Of a stretch of DNA of 64,000 bases, positions 46,937-57,190 are shown piece after piece. The notes under the pieces were generated by a model, which worked only from the letters and a program-made list of their open reading frames with translations, was not told where the DNA came from and did no database searches. The stretch spans positions 2,171 to 66,170 of the forward strand of contig JAAZNP010000004.1 of NCBI GenBank assembly GCA_012798235.1, read 5' to 3'. The DNA is from Parcubacteria group bacterium (GTDB lineage Bacteria; Patescibacteriota; Minisyncoccia; UBA6257). The position numbers were made by a program, and so were the translations under genes. Every line of letters starts with the position of its first letter. Positions within the stretch are counted from its first letter, which is position 1.

Positions 46937-49054
46937 ATGCAAAAAAAGACTTTTCAATTATTGGTTAATAACAAACCGATTGAATTAGAATTTTCTAATT
47001 TAGCTGAATTAGCCAATGGTTCTGTGTTAGCTAAACTTAAAGAGACGGTTGTTTTGACTAACGTGGTAATGGGTAATTCTGACCGTCCTGATTTAGATTT
47101 TTTCCCCTTATTAGTTGATTACGAAGAGAAATATTATGCTGCTGGTAAAATATATGGCAGTCGTTTTGTGCGCCGCGAATCACGACCATCAGAAATAGCT
47201 ATTCTTTTAGCTAGATTAATTGATCGTACCATTAGGCCTTTATTCTCGCCTTTAATGCGCCGCGATGTTCAGGTAGTAACAACTTGTTTATCAATTGATG
47301 AAGAAAATGACCCTGATATTTTAAGCATTATTGCCACTTCAATGGCTTTAGGAGCCTCAGATATTCCTTGGCAAGGGCCTGTCTCAGCAGTGAGAATTGG
47401 TTGGTCAAAAGAAAAAGGTTTTTTGATTAATCCTACTTATGCCGAGCGCACAGATCTAGCTTTAGATATAATTGTTTCTGGCCCTGATGATCAAATTAAT
47501 ATGTTAGAAGGCGGCGCCCAGGAAGTACCTGAGGATATTGTTAATCAAGCTTTAGTAATTGCTCAAAAAGAAATTACTTCCTTAAACGACCAACAGAGAA
47601 AAATCATTCAAGAAATTGGCAAACCCAAGATTAATATTTTATTAAAAACCATTAATGAACAATTGCGGCAGGACGTTAAAACATATTTATCAGATAAATT
47701 AGAGCCAATTGTTTTTTCTCAAGATAAAAAAGAAAAAGACATTAATTTGGCCTTATTGAAACAAAATTTAACCGATTATTTAAAAGAAAAAAATTATTCT
47801 GAAGAACAATTAACCGATGTAGAGTATTTATTTAATGATGAAATTGATCAATTGGTTCACCAAAATGTTTTAAAATATGATAAGAGACCAGACGGAAGAA
47901 AGTTAAATGAAATTCGACCCTTGGAAGCAATGATTGATATTCTGCCTCGGACGCATGGCTCAGCCTTGTTTATGCGAGGCATTACCCATGCTTTATCAGT
48001 GGTAACATTGGGTTCTCCCGCGGATGTTTTAACCTTACAAGGAATGGAATTTTCTGGTGAAAAAAGATTTATGCATCATTATAATTTTCCTGGCTATTCT
48101 TCAGGTGAAGTTGCTCCTTTAAGAGGCCCAGGAAGAAGAGAAATTGGTCACGGCGCTTTAGGTGAAAAAGCTTTATTACCGATGATTCCCTCTAAAGAAG
48201 AATTTCCTTACACTATTAGAGTAGTTTCAGAAATTGTTTCTTCTAATGGCTCCACTTCCATGGCCGCTACTTGTGCTTCTTCTTTGGCATTAATGGCTGC
48301 TGGAGTGCCGATAAAAGAACATGTTGCTGGTATTGCGATGGGTTTAATGAGTGATGAACAAGGAAATTACAAAATTCTCACTGATATTCAAGGGCCCGAG
48401 GATCATTATGGAGATATGGATTTAAAAGTGGCTGGTACTAAAAATGGCATTACTGCTTTGCAAATGGATTTAAAAATCAAAGGCGTTACTCCGCAATTAT
48501 TAAAAGAAGAATTAGAGCAAGCCAAAGAAGCGCGCTTCAAGATTTTAGAAGTTATGAATAAAGTAATTGCCAAACCGCGTCAAGAATTATCGCCTTTCGC
48601 TCCCCGAATCTTTACTATTAAAATTAAACCCGAAAGAATTGGCGAATTAATTGGCCCGGGCGGCAAAGTTATTCAAGCAATCACTCAACAAACTGGAGCT
48701 AATATTGATATTGAAGAAGATGGTACAGTTTTTATTACCGCTGATAATAAAGAAATAGCAGAATTAACCATCAAAGAAATTCATAATGTTTTAAAAGATT
48801 TTAACGAAGGAGATATTATTACTGGGAAAATTACTCAGATTAAAGATTTTGGTGCTTTTGTTGATTTGGGGCATCGTAAAGAAGGCTTACTTCATATTTC
48901 TGAATTAGCGCCTTACCGAGTGAATAAAGTTGAAGATATTGTTCACCCCGGAGAAGAGGTTACTGTTAAAATTAAAAAAGTTGAATCTAACGGTAAAATT
49001 TCTCTTTCGCTTAAAGATGTGAAATCTTATAAAAAAGACAAAAAAAGAAATTAA
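46937..49054 (+). CDS. pnp: Polyribonucleotide nucleotidyltransferase
   Basis: RLIDRTIRPLF, RREIGHG, SNGSTSMA and DMDLKVAG motifs; KH and S1 domains. Confidence 0.97.
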   Translation: MQKKTFQLLVNNKPIELEFSNLAELANGSVLAKLKETVVLTNVVMGNSDRPDLDFFPLLVDYEEKYYAAGKIYGSRFVRRESRPSEIAILLARLIDRTIRPLFSPLMRRDVQVVTTCLSIDEENDPDILSIIATSMALGASDIPWQGPVSAVRIGWSKEKGFLINPTYAERTDLALDIIVSGPDDQINMLEGGAQEVPEDIVNQALVIAQKEITSLNDQQRKIIQEIGKPKINILLKTINEQLRQDVKTYLSDKLEPIVFSQDKKEKDINLALLKQNLTDYLKEKNYSEEQLTDVEYLFNDEIDQLVHQNVLKYDKRPDGRKLNEIRPLEAMIDILPRTHGSALFMRGITHALSVVTLGSPADVLTLQGMEFSGEKRFMHHYNFPGYSSGEVAPLRGPGRREIGHGALGEKALLPMIPSKEEFPYTIRVVSEIVSSNGSTSMAATCASSLALMAAGVPIKEHVAGIAMGLMSDEQGNYKILTDIQGPEDHYGDMDLKVAGTKNGITALQMDLKIKGVTPQLLKEELEQAKEARFKILEVMNKVIAKPRQELSPFAPRIFTIKIKPERIGELIGPGGKVIQAITQQTGANIDIEEDGTVFITADNKEIAELTIKEIHNVLKDFNEGDIITGKITQIKDFGAFVDLGHRKEGLLHISELAPYRVNKVEDIVHPGEEVTVKIKKVESNGKISLSLKDVKSYKKDKKRN

Positions 49055-49114
49055 TATTTTTCTTGACATTTAAATTATGGTATAATTAATAAAAGAATAA
49101 TAAATTTTAAAAAT

Positions 49115-50215
49115 ATGCCAGAAAATTATTTTGCTCCTAATCAATCACCAACTCCTAGTCAATCCGAACCGACTCCTGTTCCCAGTGAGCCAGAACCGAA
49201 ATTTAGTCCTCCTTCTCCTAATATTTTTATTAGAACTTCAGAATCAGATTTAGAAAAAATGAAAAGTGGCGGAGGAGAAGTTCCGCCATGGCAAGCACCA
49301 CCAACGCCACCACCAGCAGAACCACAGCCACCAGTTAATGAATATCCCTCTTTTGCTTCTAATCCTCCTCAAGAAGAGACGCTTTCTAATGAGCCAGCGT
49401 TTAATCCTAATATTTCAGCCACTGAATTCACTAATTTTCCTGCTCCTCAAGTGCCCAAAAAAAACAATAAGCTTATTCCCATCATTATTATTATTGGAAT
49501 TATTATTGCCGGAGCTGTGTTAGGTTATTTTGTCTTATGGCCGAAGCTTTTCGCTTCTAAAACAACCACGACTACAACTACTACCGTAGCGGAAACACCA
49601 ACTACCACAGTGACTACTTTGCCTCCGAGTCCCTTTCCTCAGATAAGCGGACCTTATCAAAAAACATTAGTTGATTTGAAACTTAGTGGCAATTTGGTTT
49701 TATCGACCTTAAAAGAAGCTGCTACTAAAGAAATGGCTCCTAGCCAAACTTTTAGTATTTTAATTCCTAAATATCAATCTTATAGTTTATCCAGTGAAGA
49801 AGTGGTTCTCTCCCTTATTCCTAATATGCCTGAAAGTTTGAAGCCCTATCTGTTAGGAAGGAAATTTTTAACTTATGTTTATTATGGGGATGTTAATCCA
49901 TCTTTAGGTTTAATTATTGACGTTGGTGCCAATACAATCACAGACATAAAAGCTATTTTTGCCAACTGGGAAAAGGGAAAAATTCTAACCGATCTTAGCA
50001 ATTTTTGGTTAATTAAAGTACCTAAAACTACTAATAAAACATTTAAAGATACTACTACTAATGGAGCAGAAATTCGTTACTTCCCATATTCAGGAAAGGA
50101 AGCAGCAATTAGCTATGGTTTTTATAATGATTATTTGATTATTAGTTCTTCTTTAGAATCAATAAATAGTGCTGTTACTCATTTACAGGGGGCAACAGAA
50201 CCGATCTACCCTTAG
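49115..50215 (+). CDS. Hypothetical single-pass membrane protein with a Pro-rich N-terminus
   Basis: Pro-rich cytoplasmic region, one TM helix, Thr-rich linker and a globular C-terminus. Confidence 0.7.
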   Translation: MPENYFAPNQSPTPSQSEPTPVPSEPEPKFSPPSPNIFIRTSESDLEKMKSGGGEVPPWQAPPTPPPAEPQPPVNEYPSFASNPPQEETLSNEPAFNPNISATEFTNFPAPQVPKKNNKLIPIIIIIGIIIAGAVLGYFVLWPKLFASKTTTTTTTTVAETPTTTVTTLPPSPFPQISGPYQKTLVDLKLSGNLVLSTLKEAATKEMAPSQTFSILIPKYQSYSLSSEEVVLSLIPNMPESLKPYLLGRKFLTYVYYGDVNPSLGLIIDVGANTITDIKAIFANWEKGKILTDLSNFWLIKVPKTTNKTFKDTTTNGAEIRYFPYSGKEAAISYGFYNDYLIISSSLESINSAVTHLQGATEPIYP

Positions 50216-50241
50216 TTTTTTACAGATACTTAAAATAGGAG

Positions 50242-50287
50242 AAGCAATCCGTTTCTATCAATTGGTGGTCACGGATTGCTTTTTTTT
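50242..50287 (+). terminator. Intrinsic terminator
   Basis: AAGCAATCCGT...ACGGATTGCTT followed by a T-run. Confidence 0.7.
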
Positions 50288-50313
50288 ATTATTTGAGATA
50301 AAATAAAAACACT

Positions 50314-52122
50314 ATGAATAAAATGTGGCGTCAATTAGCTTCAATTATTTTGATTCTTGTTGTTTTTTCGCTAGTGTTTAATTTTCTCGAAAAAGCATTA
50401 GTAGAAAAAAAAGAAATTAGTTTGTCCGAAGCAATTCAGTTAATCAGAGATAAAGAGGTGAGTAAAATTACCGTAGCCGCTGATAAGGTAGAGCTTGCAT
50501 CTGATAATAACCAGATTTATTTCGCTAAAATAGAAACCAATAGTTCTTTTATTGAAACTTTAAAAAATTTTGGTTTTTCTCCTGAAGAAATTCAAGCTTT
50601 GAATATTAAAATTCTCGAACAAAGCGGCTGGTCTTACTGGTTAGGAATTTTATTACCTTTTATTCTGCCAGTTATTCTGTTAGGCGTTTTGTTTTATTAT
50701 TCTTTTCGTCGCACTAACCAAAGCGCGATGCAAATTTTTTCTTTTTCTCGTTCGAATATTAAATTATTTTCTCCGGATAAAGATAGAATTACCTTCAAAG
50801 ATGTTGCCGGATTAAAAGAGGCCAAGGAAGAATTACAGGAAATAGTAGAATTTTTAAAAAATCCTAAAAAATTCCAAGAATTAGGAGCGCGTATTCCGAG
50901 AGGGGTATTATTAATGGGTGCTCCCGGTTCGGGTAAAACTCTTTTGGCGCGAGCGGTTGCTGGTGAAGCCAATGTCCCCTTTTTCCATATTTCTGGTTCG
51001 GAGTTTGTAGAAATGTTTGTTGGTGTTGGGGCGGGTCGTGTCAGGGATGCCTTTAATACTGTCAAAAAAGCAGCCCCGGCTATTTTATTTATTGATGAAA
51101 TAGATGCCATTGGCCGAGAAAGAGGCGCTGGTATTGGTGGTGGCCAAGACGAAAGAGAGCAAACCTTAAATCAAATTTTAGTAGAAATGGATGGTTTTGA
51201 CCGCGATACAAGAGTTATTGTGATGGCAGCCACTAATCGTCCTGATATTTTAGATTTTGCTTTACTTCGCCCTGGTAGATTTGATCGCCGTGTTGTTTTA
51301 GATTTACCTGATATTAATGGCCGAGAAGAAATATTAAAAATTCATACCCGAGATAAAATTTTAGGCCCTGATGTTAATCTGAGAGATATTGCTGAAAGAA
51401 CGCCGGGTTTTTCTGGCGCTGATTTAGCTAATTTAGTAAACGAAGCGGCTATTTTAGCTGCTCGAAAAAATAAGAAAGCTATTGAACAGCAGGATATGCT
51501 GTCATCAATTGAAAAAGTAATGCTGGGTCCTGAAAGAAAAAGTCGTGTCTTTACTGATAAAGAAAAGAAAATAACTGCTTATCATGAAGCAGGACACGCT
51601 TTAGTGTCATTATTTTTACCAGGAGCCAGTGAATTAAAAAAAGTTTCTATTATTTCTCGTGGCCAAGCAGCTGGTTATACTATGAAAATGCCGACGGAGG
51701 AAAGGTATTTAAAAACTCGTTCTGAATTTTTGGCTGATATTGCTGCTTTATTAGCTGGCTACATAACGGAAAGTTTAGTTTTTCATGATATTTCCACGGG
51801 CGCGGCTAATGATTTAGAAACAGCTACTGATTTAGCTCGCTCCCTCGTAACTAAATATGGCATGAGCGAAAAATTAGGGCCGCGAAGTTTTGGTAAAACC
51901 GAAGAAATGATTTTCTTAGGGAAAGAAATTTCTACGGAAAAAGATTATTCTGAAGAAACAGCTACTCTGATTGATAAAGAAATTAATAAAATTATTCAAG
52001 ATTGTTATAAAAAAGCCAAACAAATTTTAGAGGAAAATAGAAAAAAATTAGATAAATTAGCACAAGCATTAATTGAAAAAGAAACATTAGAGAGAATGGA
52101 AATAGAGCAATTGATAAAATAA
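50314..52122 (+). CDS. ftsH: ATP-dependent zinc metalloprotease FtsH
   Basis: Two TM helices, [21 protein letters not shown] and HEAGH motifs. Confidence 0.97.
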   Translation: MNKMWRQLASIILILVVFSLVFNFLEKALVEKKEISLSEAIQLIRDKEVSKITVAADKVELASDNNQIYFAKIETNSSFIETLKNFGFSPEEIQALNIKILEQSGWSYWLGILLPFILPVILLGVLFYYSFRRTNQSAMQIFSFSRSNIKLFSPDKDRITFKDVAGLKEAKEELQEIVEFLKNPKKFQELGARIPRGVLLMGAPGSGKTLLARAVAGEANVPFFHISGSEFVEMFVGVGAGRVRDAFNTVKKAAPAILFIDEIDAIGRERGAGIGGGQDEREQTLNQILVEMDGFDRDTRVIVMAATNRPDILDFALLRPGRFDRRVVLDLPDINGREEILKIHTRDKILGPDVNLRDIAERTPGFSGADLANLVNEAAILAARKNKKAIEQQDMLSSIEKVMLGPERKSRVFTDKEKKITAYHEAGHALVSLFLPGASELKKVSIISRGQAAGYTMKMPTEERYLKTRSEFLADIAALLAGYITESLVFHDISTGAANDLETATDLARSLVTKYGMSEKLGPRSFGKTEEMIFLGKEISTEKDYSEETATLIDKEINKIIQDCYKKAKQILEENRKKLDKLAQALIEKETLERMEIEQLIK

Positions 52123-52128
52123 ATAAGG

Positions 52129-52200
52129 GGGCGTGTAGCTCAGTGGTAGAGCGATTGTCTTATAAACAATAGGTCCCAGGTTCGATCCCTGGCACGCCCA
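52129..52200 (+). tRNA. tRNA-Ile(TAT)
   Basis: Cloverleaf; stem ATTGT/ACAAT; loop CTTATAA; A73. Confidence 0.88.
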
Positions 52201-52212
52201 CGTCCTAACTAG

Positions 52213-52289
52213 GGGCGTATAGCTCAGTTGGTTAGAGCGCGTCGTTGACATCGACGAGGTCTCCCGTTCAAATCGGGATACGCCCACCA
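52213..52289 (+). tRNA. tRNA-Val(GAC)
   Basis: Cloverleaf; loop TTGACAT; CCA encoded. Confidence 0.95.
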
Positions 52290-52298
52290 CTATTTATT

Positions 52299-53240
52299 AT
52301 GGCTGCTATTAATTTTGTTGTTTCTCCGGAAAAATCCCATCAGAGGTTAGATAAATATTTAGTTTCTCAAATTCATAATTATTCTCGGGCATCAATCGTC
52401 AAAGCCATTAACCAGGGCACTATTTTAGTTAATGGATTAAAAAAGAAACCCAGTTATTTGTTGAAAGAAAATGATTTAATTACTGGTGCTTTATTAAAGG
52501 ACAAAGAGATTCATAATTTAATTTCTTTAGATTTGGTTCCTGCTCCAGAAATTTTGTACGAAACTAATGATTTTTTAGTTATTAATAAACCTGCTGGAAT
52601 TAATACTCACCCGACGATAAAAAGTATTCAGCAGCCCTCAATTGCTTCTTGGCTATTATGGAAATACCCTCAAGTTAAAAATGTTGGCGAAGATCTTTTA
52701 CGACCAGGCATAGTTCATCGTTTAGATAAAGATACTTCTGGAGTTTTAATTCTCGCTAAAAATCAAGAATCTTTTCTGTATTTCAAAAATTTATTTTTAA
52801 ATAGAGAAATCAAAAAATTGTATTTGGTTTTAGTAAAGGGAGTAGTACCTCAGGAGCAGGGAGAAATCACATTTTCTTTAACTAGGTCAAAAACATTTAG
52901 CAAGCGGAAAATTGTATTAAATTTTTATCAAGATAATTACGCGAAGCCAGCCTTAACTTTTTTCAAAGTTAAAAAAAGATACCATAAATTTACTTTATTA
53001 GAAGTAATTCCTCAAACCGGAAGAACCCATCAAATTAGGGTTCATTTAGCGAGTATTGGTTTTCCTGTGGCCGGAGATAAATTGTACGGTGTTTCTAAAA
53101 AAAATAATGATATTTTCCCACGGCAAATGCTTCATGCCTATAAAATTATTTTTCCCTCTCCTTCTCGCCAATTATTATCAATTATTGCTCCTCTACCTAA
53201 TGATTTTAAGAAGATCTTAAACTTAATTGCTAAAAATTAA
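52299..53240 (+). CDS. RluA/RluD family pseudouridine synthase
   Basis: S4 domain (RLDKYL), NKPAG, HRLDKDTSG and GRTHQIRVH motifs; ATG at 52299. Confidence 0.93.
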   Translation: MAAINFVVSPEKSHQRLDKYLVSQIHNYSRASIVKAINQGTILVNGLKKKPSYLLKENDLITGALLKDKEIHNLISLDLVPAPEILYETNDFLVINKPAGINTHPTIKSIQQPSIASWLLWKYPQVKNVGEDLLRPGIVHRLDKDTSGVLILAKNQESFLYFKNLFLNREIKKLYLVLVKGVVPQEQGEITFSLTRSKTFSKRKIVLNFYQDNYAKPALTFFKVKKRYHKFTLLEVIPQTGRTHQIRVHLASIGFPVAGDKLYGVSKKNNDIFPRQMLHAYKIIFPSPSRQLLSIIAPLPNDFKKILNLIAKN

Positions 53241-53281
53241 TTTTTGTGATAAATTAATAAAGATTTAATAGATTTTAATTT

Positions 53282-53638
53282 ATGACTAAAATTAACGTTT
53301 CTGATATTAAACCAGGCATGCATCTCCGCGTGTTTCAAAAGATAAAAGAAGGCGATAAAGAAAGAACTCAGCAAATAGAAGGTATTGTCTTATCACGTAA
53401 ACATGGCCAAGAACCAGGAGCTACTTTTACTTTAAGAAAAGTAATTGATGGGGTTGGCGTAGAGTGGATTATACCAATTCATTTACCCTCTCTTCAAAAA
53501 ATAGAACTGATTAAAGCAGCTCGCGTGAGAAGAGCTAAATTATATTATTTACGTAATAAATCAGCTAAACAGGTTCGTAAAAAATTAAAAATATTGGCTA
53601 AAGAATTGGCGCCAGAAGAAAAAGAAACTACTTCTTAA
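53282..53638 (+). CDS. rplS: 50S ribosomal protein L19
   Basis: IKEGDKERTQ, GVGVE and VRRAKLYYLR motifs. Confidence 0.97.
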   Translation: MTKINVSDIKPGMHLRVFQKIKEGDKERTQQIEGIVLSRKHGQEPGATFTLRKVIDGVGVEWIIPIHLPSLQKIELIKAARVRRAKLYYLRNKSAKQVRKKLKILAKELAPEEKETTS

Positions 53639-53639
53639 G

Positions 53640-53723
53640 GCGCGGGTGGCGGAACCGGCAGACGCGCATCTTTGAGGTGGATGTGGGAGTAATCCCGTGG
53701 AGGTTCAAATCCTCTCCCGCGCA
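53640..53723 (+). tRNA. tRNA-Leu(GAG)
   Basis: Cloverleaf with long variable arm; loop TTGAGGT. Confidence 0.95.
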
Positions 53724-53746
53724 CTCCTGAATTGTTTATTAATTTT

Positions 53747-54766
53747 ATGGGTTTCTTTTTAAACGAATACCAACAAACAATCAAGGCTGTAGCTAAAGCA
53801 TTATCAGCGGTCATCGCTGTTTTGATTTTAAAAAGACCAGACCAAATAGAAGGAAAATTAGACCAAGCGATTATTGCTCAGCTGCCACGTAATCAGGATG
53901 GTCTCATCCGTTTTGGCAACTGCTCAGGATTTTTTGTTTCGTCTGATGGCTATGTTTTAACTAATCGTCATGTCGTAGAAGATCAAGCCGCTTCTTATGA
54001 AGTTGTGTGGCAACATCACCATTATCCTTGTGATATTTTAGTGCGTGATGAGTTGACTGACATTGCTATTTTAAAAATAAAACCAGAAAAAAACAAAAAG
54101 TTTCCTTATTTAAAATTAGGTGATTCTAGCAAATTAAAATTAGGCCAAACAGTGATTGCGATTGGTAATGCCTTATCAGAGTTTGAGAATACCGTATCCC
54201 GAGGAATTATTTCTGGTCTATCGCGTTACGTTCAAACAGATTTGGAAAACATTAATCGCGAATTCTCAGGATTAATACAGACGGATGCCGCTATCAATCC
54301 TGGTAATTCCGGTGGACCCTTAATTGATCTTGGCGCTCGAGTTATTGGAATTAATACGGCCGTAGTTTTAGGAGTGGAAAATATTAGTTTTGCTATTCCC
54401 ATTAATCAGGCAAAAATAATATTAAACGAGATCAAAAAATACGGTAAATTTATTAGACCAAATTTAGGGATTCGCTATCTTTTAATTGACCAAGAAGTAC
54501 AAAAAGAACATCATTTGCCTTTTAATTATGGCGCTTTTATTATTCACGAATCTCTGCCGGGGCAGAAAGGCATTTTGCCTAATGGCTGCGCTGATAAAGC
54601 CGGATTAAAAGAAGGTGATATTATTTTAGAAATTAATGGTAAAAAAATAGAAAAAACCTATAATTTAGCTGATGCTTTAAAAGAACATCAGGTTGGAGAT
54701 AAAGTAAAAATAACCTATTGGCATCAGGGCGCTATTAAGCAAGTAGATATTGTGCTCGAACGTTAA
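53747..54766 (+). CDS. HtrA family serine protease with PDZ domain and no clear export signal
   Basis: TNRHV, DIA and INPGNSGGPL motifs; ATG at 53747. Confidence 0.9.
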   Translation: MGFFLNEYQQTIKAVAKALSAVIAVLILKRPDQIEGKLDQAIIAQLPRNQDGLIRFGNCSGFFVSSDGYVLTNRHVVEDQAASYEVVWQHHHYPCDILVRDELTDIAILKIKPEKNKKFPYLKLGDSSKLKLGQTVIAIGNALSEFENTVSRGIISGLSRYVQTDLENINREFSGLIQTDAAINPGNSGGPLIDLGARVIGINTAVVLGVENISFAIPINQAKIILNEIKKYGKFIRPNLGIRYLLIDQEVQKEHHLPFNYGAFIIHESLPGQKGILPNGCADKAGLKEGDIILEINGKKIEKTYNLADALKEHQVGDKVKITYWHQGAIKQVDIVLER

Positions 54767-56931
54767 AGGCGGTGCGCTTGCATAACAAAATCTTTGAAAG
54801 AGGCCAAAAATAAAGGCCATTTTTTAAAAGTGGTATCAATAGTTAGGATATTTAAAGCCGCTTCTCGGGCTTGAGTAATCATTTCTTTGCTAAGAAGAGA
54901 ATGCATGAGGAGGTCAGGAACTCCTGATTGTTTTGTTCCTAAAAATTCACCCGGCCCTCTTAAAGAAAGATCAATTTCTGCTAATTTAAATCCATCGTTA
55001 TACTTAGCTACAGCTTCTAAACGAGAAGAGATTGTTTTGGATGATGATTCAGTAAAAAGGAAGCAATAGGATTGATAATGAGAACGGCCGACACGGCCGC
55101 GGAATTGATGCAATTGAGCTAAGCCAAAATGTTCTGCTCCCTCAATAATCATGACCGTGGCATTAGGAATATCGACACCAACTTCAACAACAGAAGTAGA
55201 AACAAGAATATTAATTTTATTATCATAAAATTGTTGCATAATGTTTTCTTTTTCTTCGGTTTTCATTTTACCGTGGAGCATTCCGACTTTTAAGTCAGGA
55301 AATATTTCTTCGCTTAATTTCTTATATTCTTTTTTTACGGCTTTCACTTCATAATTTAGTTTTTCTGCCAAAGAAACTAAATTAGGAGCATTAATATCCA
55401 AAGGAGATAAATTGGTTTCTTCGATTCTGGGGCAAATGACAAAGGCTTGCCTACCTTTTAAAATTTCTTGGCGAATGAATTCGTAGACCTTATTTTTATT
55501 TTTTGGTGTTACTATTTGAGTAATAATTTTTTTTCTACCCTCAGGAAGAGTATCTAAAATAGAAAGTTCCATATCGCCATAAAAAACCAAAGCTAAGGTA
55601 CGGGGAATAGGAGTAGCAGTAAGGGACAAGAGATGGGGAATTTCTTTAGTACGACTATTAGGAGAAAGTAATTTTTTTCTTTGCTCAATGCCAAAGCGAT
55701 GTTGTTCGTCAACAATTACTAAACCCAATTTATTAAAATGAATATTTTTTTGAATTAAAGCATGCGTGCCAATAACAATAATCGGCAAATCAGAATTAAT
55801 GATTTTATTTAATGATCTTTTAGAAATTTTTCCCTCCAGCCCATCATCATAAATTTTAGCGCCAGTAGAAGTAAGTAGAGCAATTCTTGTTTTATAATTT
55901 CGAAGAAACTGTTTGAATTTATTAAAATGCTGCTGAGCTAAGATTTCTGTTGGCGCCATAACCGCTACTTGATACTTGGATTTTATGGTTAGAAGTGAAG
56001 CGCCAATAGCCACGATAGTTTTGCCAGAACCTACTTCACCAATAAGCAAACGATTCATGGGTCGCTGATTTAAGTTTTTTGCTATCTCCCAAAGGCTTTT
56101 CTTTTGAGGTTCAGTGAGATTAAAAGGCAAAGACGCAACAAATGATTTTAATAAATCAATATCTAATTGTATTTTAGGAAAAGGAAGGAGATCTAATTTC
56201 TCTTTAATTTTTAAAAGATATAATTGAGAGAATAATAATGATTCAAAAATAAAACGATTTTTGGCTTGCTGAGCATACTCTATTTTTTCAGGAAAATGAA
56301 TTTGATTTAAAGCTTGTCGAAGAGGCATTAATTTATAGCGCTCAATAATAAAAGAAGGTAAATACTCTCCTAGTTCTAAATTATTTTTGAGCAAGGGTTT
56401 GATGAGATAACGAAAAGTGCGCGAGCTTAAACCTTGGGTCTCGGGGTAAATGGGAACCAAACGGCCAGTATGTTTTAAATCCTTAAAGAAATCTTCTTCC
56501 AATTTTTGGTGGGAAATAATTTCATAAGAAGGATTGGATAGAATCAATCTTTTGCCTTGAGCTTTTACTTTACCTGATAAGGATAAGGTCGTGCCCGGAG
56601 GTATTGTTTTAATAATATATAATTGGTTGAACCAAATAATATTAATAGTTCCAGTATCATCGTCAGCTTTAGCATTAATAATAGCCATTCTTTTTCGAAA
56701 ACTACGATAAAGATTAATTTTTTGAATAGTGGCAATTATGGAACAAACTTCATTAGGTTGCAAGTCTTTGATTTTTTTAATTTGAGAGAAATCTTCGTAA
56801 CGAAAAGGAAAATGCCATAATAAATCTTTGATTGTTTTGATACCTAATTTATTTAGATATTTTAAATAACGCGGTCCTACACCGCGTACTTTAAAAACAG
56901 GATCAGAAAATTTGAGAGAGAGATTCATCAT
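54763..56931 (-). CDS. recG: ATP-dependent DNA helicase RecG
   Basis: Wedge domain, GEVGSGKT, DEQHRFG, TATPIPRT and QLHQFRGRVGR motifs. Confidence 0.96.
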   Translation of the reverse strand: MMNLSLKFSDPVFKVRGVGPRYLKYLNKLGIKTIKDLLWHFPFRYEDFSQIKKIKDLQPNEVCSIIATIQKINLYRSFRKRMAIINAKADDDTGTINIIWFNQLYIIKTIPPGTTLSLSGKVKAQGKRLILSNPSYEIISHQKLEEDFFKDLKHTGRLVPIYPETQGLSSRTFRYLIKPLLKNNLELGEYLPSFIIERYKLMPLRQALNQIHFPEKIEYAQQAKNRFIFESLLFSQLYLLKIKEKLDLLPFPKIQLDIDLLKSFVASLPFNLTEPQKKSLWEIAKNLNQRPMNRLLIGEVGSGKTIVAIGASLLTIKSKYQVAVMAPTEILAQQHFNKFKQFLRNYKTRIALLTSTGAKIYDDGLEGKISKRSLNKIINSDLPIIVIGTHALIQKNIHFNKLGLVIVDEQHRFGIEQRKKLLSPNSRTKEIPHLLSLTATPIPRTLALVFYGDMELSILDTLPEGRKKIITQIVTPKNKNKVYEFIRQEILKGRQAFVICPRIEETNLSPLDINAPNLVSLAEKLNYEVKAVKKEYKKLSEEIFPDLKVGMLHGKMKTEEKENIMQQFYDNKINILVSTSVVEVGVDIPNATVMIIEGAEHFGLAQLHQFRGRVGRSHYQSYCFLFTESSSKTISSRLEAVAKYNDGFKLAEIDLSLRGPGEFLGTKQSGVPDLLMHSLLSKEMITQAREAALNILTIDTTFKKWPLFLASFKDFVMQAHRL

Positions 56932-56980
56932 AACAAAGAAGAAGGTAACCCTATTAAAAGTTTCACTCTCGCACTAATAG

Positions 56981-57052
56981 TCCCCCCACGAGGAGTCGAA
57001 CCTCGATCACAGGCTCCGCAAGCCCGTATTCTATCCATTAAACTATAGGGGG
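56981..57052 (-). tRNA. tRNA-Arg(GCG)
   Basis: Cloverleaf; loop TTGCGGA. Confidence 0.92.
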
Positions 57053-57057
57053 TGCAT

Positions 57058-57123
57058 TGGTGTAGAGGCAAGTGTTTAGACAGTCTCTAGTAGGCTGCGC
57101 TTTGCCCCTTGAACTATGAGGGC
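57058..57123 (-). other. tRNA-like fragment or structured leader upstream of tRNA-Arg(GCG)
   Basis: Begins GCCCTCATAGTTCAA (tRNA 5'-like), contains a GGGGCAA/TTGCCTC hairpin and ends CACCA; no T arm. Confidence 0.4.
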
Positions 57124-57190
57124 TTTCTTTTGAATTATACTAAATTTTACCCAGAAATCAAAAAAATGTATACTAAAGATACATTATTTT

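Noticed and set aside
57058-57123. Group I intron in a tRNA (AGAGACT resembles the R element)
   Set aside because: Far too short, no other core elements, and the adjacent tRNA-Arg is complete without splicing.
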